Below are positions 37,011-40,926 of a stretch of 40,926 bases of DNA, in pieces. The notes under the pieces were generated by a model. It had not been told where the DNA came from. It was given only the letters and a program-made list of their open reading frames with translations, and searched no databases. Source of the stretch: Gammaproteobacteria bacterium (GTDB lineage Bacteria > Pseudomonadota > Gammaproteobacteria > Tethybacterales > Persebacteraceae); contig JBPCXA010000217.1 in the NCBI GenBank assembly GCA_051008975.1, forward strand, positions 1 through 40,926. Reading direction: 5' to 3'. The number at the start of each line of letters is the position of its first letter. The first letter of the stretch is position 1. Made by a program: the position numbers and the translations under genes.

Positions 37011-37195
37011 TGGCATACCTGCGCGACCTTCAGCGCCAATGCCAGTCATTCAGTTGCAAGTCCCGCGCATCAGTTGAGTTGATGGATCGCTCCAATTTCG
37101 GGCACGGCTACTACTGCAAGAAGCACGGAAAAGGGCTGCTCGAGCGATTGCAGCGGGTCGAGCAGTCTTGGAAGCGAGCAGAGGGGAAAAATTGA
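37010..37195 (+). CDS. Small zinc-binding protein
   Basis: CQSFSC...YCKKH; coupled to recT. Confidence 0.65.
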   Translation: MAYLRDLQRQCQSFSCKSRASVELMDRSNFGHGYYCKKHGKGLLERLQRVEQSWKRAEGKN

Positions 37196-37815
37196 TGGGA
37201 AATTGGAAAGACGCAATGAATATCGAAGATTTTTCCGATAGGCACGCAAACGAGAACAATCCGCCGCCGGGGACGATGCGCACTGAGACCCAAGGCAGCG
37301 TATCACAGTGGGCAACCGAAACGTTTGGCCCTGAAAGCTCGCTTCTACGCGTCGCCGTGCGTGCGAATGAGGAGCTTGCGGAATTGCTCCGGTGCCTGGC
37401 GGGTGATGCGCCCCCAGAGAAGGTCGTAGAGGAAATCGCGGATGTGGTGATTGTACTGTATCGTCTGGCAGAAAGGATTGGCATTGGACTTGATACGGTG
37501 GTCACTCAAACGGATGTCCATGACAGCCCTGGGTTAACGACTTTGCGCATGGCACTCATGATACACGCAGAAATAGGAATTGTTTTAGAGTCTCTTGAGA
37601 GCATGGAAATGTTAGCCGGCGTTGACGATGAATTAGTCAGCCGTATCGATCACAACATGAAGTCGTCTATTATGCAAATTGGCATGACGGCCACAGAGTT
37701 GGCTGCCGGCTTTGGCGCTTTACTTCCTCGAGAGATAGACAAGAAGATGGTCATCAATCGCCGGCGCAAGTGGAAACTCGACGATACCGGCCGTGGTCAA
37801 CACATCCAAGAATAA
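37195..37815 (+). CDS. MazG-like all-alpha NTP pyrophosphatase (DUF550-type dATP/dGTP diphosphohydrolase-like)
   Basis: QWATETFGP, EELAEL, EEIADVVI.L, EIDKKM.INRRRKW. Confidence 0.8.
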   Translation: MGNWKDAMNIEDFSDRHANENNPPPGTMRTETQGSVSQWATETFGPESSLLRVAVRANEELAELLRCLAGDAPPEKVVEEIADVVIVLYRLAERIGIGLDTVVTQTDVHDSPGLTTLRMALMIHAEIGIVLESLESMEMLAGVDDELVSRIDHNMKSSIMQIGMTATELAAGFGALLPREIDKKMVINRRRKWKLDDTGRGQHIQE

Positions 37816-37830
37816 GGGGAGGATTAAGCA

Positions 37831-38025
37831 ATGGAGAAGCCATCGTGGTGGCCGCAGAATCCGTACAATTATGATTCTTATAGCCACAGCGAAGATTGTC
37901 GACACTTAGGATTTAAGTGCGCTAGCGATGCTTGCTGGGAAGCGTTCTGTGATTGGCTAGATGGCGTAGATGAGTTTCAATTTCTCAAGCTCAAAGCCGC
38001 CGTCGAGAAAGAGCTCTACCCTTAG
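37831..38025 (+). CDS. Hypothetical protein, WWPQNPY family, copy 2
   Basis: GGAGG RBS; MEKPSWWPQNPY...ASDACWEAFCDWLD. Confidence 0.75.
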   Translation: MEKPSWWPQNPYNYDSYSHSEDCRHLGFKCASDACWEAFCDWLDGVDEFQFLKLKAAVEKELYP

Positions 38026-38050
38026 TGTGACAGCACAGAGAATATATCTA

Positions 38051-38158
38051 ATGAATATTCGTAGCGCCCTAAGCCGCATCTTTTTCTGGGTTATCTCCGG
38101 CCCTGTGCTGCTGATTTATGGCGCCGTCCTCATCTACCATCAAATGAAAAGGAGATGA
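38051..38158 (+). CDS. Small single-TM peptide
   Basis: MNIRSALSRIFFWVISGPVLLIYGAVLIYHQMKRR. Confidence 0.45.
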   Translation: MNIRSALSRIFFWVISGPVLLIYGAVLIYHQMKRR

Positions 38159-38159
38159 C

Positions 38160-38261
38160 ATGGGCACTTCCCTGCCTGCGCAGCTCGCCCAGCACAAGGC
38201 CATTGTCACGACGCTGTTACGGCTCGTGGAGCAGGAAGTACCACAGCAACGATTATTTTGA
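38160..38261 (+). CDS. Small hypothetical peptide (33 aa)
   Basis: AAGGAG RBS; MGTSLPAQLAQHKAIV... Confidence 0.4.
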   Translation: MGTSLPAQLAQHKAIVTTLLRLVEQEVPQQRLF

Positions 38262-38294
38262 GTGCAGGAGGTTGCCTTGAGTGCAGGAGGTTGC
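38258..38294 (+). repeat. Tandem 18-bp duplication containing a stop codon and RBS
   Basis: TTGAGTGCAGGAGGTTGC at 38258-38275 and 38277-38294. Confidence 0.9.
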
Positions 38295-38295
38295 A

Positions 38296-38472
38296 ATGCC
38301 TTTACCAACTAAGTTATTCGAAGAACCCGAAGAAACCGCCGTTGTCGGCGATGTCGATGCATTTATTCAATACGTTGAGAATGGCCAAGCCGAGCAGGAT
38401 TGGTATATGCTTATAGAGCTCTATCGTCAAGAGCTTGATGAGATGGGTCGGCTGTGCGAGGAATTGACATAA
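38296..38472 (+). CDS. Small acidic protein
   Basis: AGGAGG RBS; MPLPTKLFEEPEE... Confidence 0.65.
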   Translation: MPLPTKLFEEPEETAVVGDVDAFIQYVENGQAEQDWYMLIELYRQELDEMGRLCEELT

Positions 38473-38477
38473 GAGTG

Positions 38478-38618
38478 ATGATATACGATGAAGAAGATGA
38501 ATGGGGATGCGTCTTTCCAGGTGAGTGTTGCATGGCGTACACAGACCATATGAAAGGCGAGTGCTATACACCAGAGATGTACGAGGACTATGTGCGTGAG
38601 GAAGAGGATGACGACTGA
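38478..38618 (+). CDS. Small highly acidic Cys-containing protein (46 aa)
   Basis: MIYDEEDEWGCVFPGECCMAYTDHMKGECYTPEMYEDYVREEEDDD; stop overlaps the next ATG. Confidence 0.55.
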   Translation: MIYDEEDEWGCVFPGECCMAYTDHMKGECYTPEMYEDYVREEEDDD

Positions 38619-38992
38619 TGCGCATGACTGAGAAACAGTACGCCGCGCACCTCAAGCAGCAACGACAACCGCGACAGAATGAGGGCAAGACGAGAACAAG
38701 TCGGGAGGATATATTAGATGCGCTCGGGAAGCGGCTACAGACCGAGTATGGCGATGCGTTTGAAAGGGTAGGATACCGTTTCTGGAACGATGAAGCTTGT
38801 GTTTACATCACAATTGACGACTGGCTATGTTGGAGCAATAATGACGAGGATGGTCACATATATACGCCATGGCGAAGAATCCCATTTACCAGTGATGGGC
38901 TCCAGAACAAAGGGGCCATTGATAAGGCCATGGCAAGAATCATATCCACGATCACTGCGGCAACATCTCCAAAAAATAAGCCCGGCTTCTAA
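38618..38992 (+). CDS. Hypothetical protein, last gene of the rightward early operon
   Basis: 124 aa; 3' end overlaps the convergent tail spike gene by 41 nt. Confidence 0.6.
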   Translation: MRMTEKQYAAHLKQQRQPRQNEGKTRTSREDILDALGKRLQTEYGDAFERVGYRFWNDEACVYITIDDWLCWSNNDEDGHIYTPWRRIPFTSDGLQNKGAIDKAMARIISTITAATSPKNKPGF

Positions 38993-40926
38993 GCGATATC
39001 GTCGCAGCAGCGGTGTTGTGTTGTACTGTCACCGTAATATCGCCAGAAGTAGTTGTGGTAGCTACGCCTATGGAGCCTACTCCTGCAAGCCTTGTTACGG
39101 CTGAGGCTAAACCGCCCAAGCCGCCTGGGCCAGACATTTCAAACGTGCCAAATGTCGTGACGGTGGTTTGATTGTTTGGATCGCCGGAAACACGCATCGA
39201 TAATATCCAGCTGCGTTGGGTCGGGCTCGTCGTGATTGATGCAAAAGGGAAATTCCCAATAGTCGTTCCCTTATACCTCACTCGCAACGTAACAGTCTCA
39301 TTTATACCGCTGTTGTTTGTATACTCTCCTGCGACTTCTAATTTTACGCCACTCGGGCCATCAATAGCATTCCCTGGAATCGTTGTGGTAATGATAGTTG
39401 TTTCTACTGCTGTGTTAGAAACAATAGCACTGGGGATGACACTATGATCTGCAAGTTGAACAGAAGTATCTCCAGTACGAGTGATCGTTACTCCTGCTCC
39501 AGGCCTTCCAGCATAATCAGTTGTTGTGAATAAGATATTGTTTGGGCCAAGCTGAGTATCAGAAACTGCTCCAGATGTGAAATCCACAGCGGTTGCATAG
39601 CCAGAAATCGCATTGGAATGGACTGAATTACCCACCAGCCCATTAGACAGTTTGACAGCAATATTTGTCCCACTTCCACCGAAAGAATTTCCAACAATAG
39701 AAACTCCTCCACCGAGCCCAGGAGTCACACTATCCAAGTCGATTGTCGCGGGTGATGAATCCTCAAAGTAATTTCCGCCTATAAACCATCCAATGGGAGT
39801 TCTGCCTCGAATAGAGCCAAGCGCGTTTCCTTCAATATCGCTACCAGTAATCGATACAGCGCGAGTTTGTGCCGTAGCATTAATTCCCCATCCGAGATTA
39901 CCCTGAATGCGTGATTGATCAATGGACACTTGGTTTAAGTTCTGACTTAAACCATCCATTTTTATGCCATCACCCACGTTTGCCTGCACATAGAGATTCG
40001 AAAATCTCAGAACAAGAGAGATGCCTCCAGTCGCCAAATCGTCAATCAGTATACCTGCTGTCGTATGTCCGGTTGCACCTACCCCGCCCGTCGCTCTCCC
40101 CGCAACTCGGACATTCTGCACATCGATATCTGCTGCACCAAAGATGTGCAGACCTGTGGCGCCAGTTGTTGAACGAATCGCGAGATTACGGATGGTTACC
40201 GTAAAATTGAAATCGCCTGGCGACGTGCCGCCATCAATTAAAACCCCATCGCCTGAACCTGTGTAACGAAGGATCGTGCCGGCAGTTTCGATGACTACAG
40301 AACCATGACTGCATCCTTCAAGAATTTGGCCTCTGTTTAGCGAGAGTGTTGTTGCAAACCTGATCACACCGCAAGGAAGAGTAATGTGTTCCGTGGAATC
40401 TAATGCAAGCTGAAGAGCGGCCGAATTGTCAGTCAAGTCGTCGGCTACAACGCCGAATTCAGCAGCAAAACGGCCTGAGGCAACCGTGTTAGAAGGAATG
40501 CTTCTTACTGGTGCTATAAGCGATACCGCTGTAATTGCCCCGCCACTTACCGTAACTTCAGAAAAGACAAGCCCCCCAGAAGGGTTGGCCGGCTGTGTAA
40601 CGTTCATCTGCCAAAGATAATGAGTGGCCCCGTGCCTAGTCCATCCAGACACGGCAGATACTCGCTCTCTATGCAGGGCCAGCCAGTAGGTGCCATCTCC
40701 GCCACTAAGAGGGCCAACAACGCTTGACGGTTGAATCGTATAGATGATTTCGCCTGAATCTTCTAGATACCCCTCACAAGCAAAAGCAGTGACCGTTGTA
40801 CTTGCAGATGTTGTGGGCTCGCACCCCGAAACGACGTAGCCGTTAATTGCATCAGACCACCAAGCGCCTCGCTCCCTCGCCTCTGAGCCAAGGCTGTGCG
40901 TATTAGCGCCTAATGCAACCGATGCG
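38952..40926 (-). CDS. Tail spike / depolymerase with pectate-lyase-like beta-helix (true start at 168/180 across the contig join; ~671-675 aa)
   Basis: AAEFGVVADDLTDNSAALQLALD...LPCG (pectate lyase superfamily N-terminal motif) and beta-helix rungs (IEGN, IGGNYFE, IVGNSF); frame is open from 40652 to the contig end. Confidence 0.8.
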   Translation of the reverse strand, partial: ASVALGANTHSLGSEARERGAWWSDAINGYVVSGCEPTTSASTTVTAFACEGYLEDSGEIIYTIQPSSVVGPLSGGDGTYWLALHRERVSAVSGWTRHGATHYLWQMNVTQPANPSGGLVFSEVTVSGGAITAVSLIAPVRSIPSNTVASGRFAAEFGVVADDLTDNSAALQLALDSTEHITLPCGVIRFATTLSLNRGQILEGCSHGSVVIETAGTILRYTGSGDGVLIDGGTSPGDFNFTVTIRNLAIRSTTGATGLHIFGAADIDVQNVRVAGRATGGVGATGHTTAGILIDDLATGGISLVLRFSNLYVQANVGDGIKMDGLSQNLNQVSIDQSRIQGNLGWGINATAQTRAVSITGSDIEGNALGSIRGRTPIGWFIGGNYFEDSSPATIDLDSVTPGLGGGVSIVGNSFGGSGTNIAVKLSNGLVGNSVHSNAISGYATAVDFTSGAVSDTQLGPNNILFTTTDYAGRPGAGVTITRTGDTSVQLADHSVIPSAIVSNTAVETTIITTTIPGNAIDGPSGVKLEVAGEYTNNSGINETVTLRVRYKGTTIGNFPFASITTSPTQRSWILSMRVSGDPNNQTTVTTFGTFEMSGPGGLGGLASAVTRLAGVGSIGVATTTTSGDITVTVQHNTAAATISLRSRAYFLEMLPQ
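40800..40926. repeat. Terminal direct repeat, right copy
   Basis: Identical to 1-127. Confidence 0.95.

Noticed and set aside
38258-38294. Mini CRISPR array
   Set aside because: Only two 18-bp copies separated by 1 nt; no spacer and no cas genes
1-40926. Stop-codon reassignment, tRNA genes or a diversity-generating retroelement
   Set aside because: Core genes are full-length in the standard code using all three stops; no tRNA cloverleaf, reverse transcriptase or TR/VR pair was noticed by eye

Overview
The window is an apparently complete, circularly assembled ~40.8-kb tailed-phage genome. Bases 1-127 are identical to 40800-40926, giving a unit length of 40,799 bp. Gene order is podovirus/P22-like. 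One long minus-strand late operon starts at a sigma70-type promoter near 28.5 kb and runs: membrane/lysis-type genes, three signal-peptide-bearing fibre/adhesin-like proteins, SAM methyltransferase, TerS, TerL, portal, RmlB-like dehydratase, PAPS-reductase-family protein, scaffold, major capsid, cement, GT2 glycosyltransferase, adaptors, tail nozzle, GNAT, three ejection proteins, and a tail-spike gene that crosses the contig join and also begins with a signal peptide. Early functions (Cro-like HTH, replication initiator, RecT, MazG-like pyrophosphatase, many small ORFs) diverge from two overlapping face-to-face promoters at 35.4 kb. Most notable: (1) an isolated plus-strand cassette at 28.6-29.4 kb with a strong promoter, a ~140-nt U-poor structured leader, a pseudoknotted type III hammerhead ribozyme, a small unknown ORF and an XRE HTH gene; (2) four Sec-signal, Cys-paired fibre/spike-like proteins in a genome with no recognisable endolysin; (3) sugar/methyl-modification genes interleaved with head genes. 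I recognised no integrase, DNA polymerase, tRNA or CRISPR array. All calls come from motif reading and synteny; no database searches were run.
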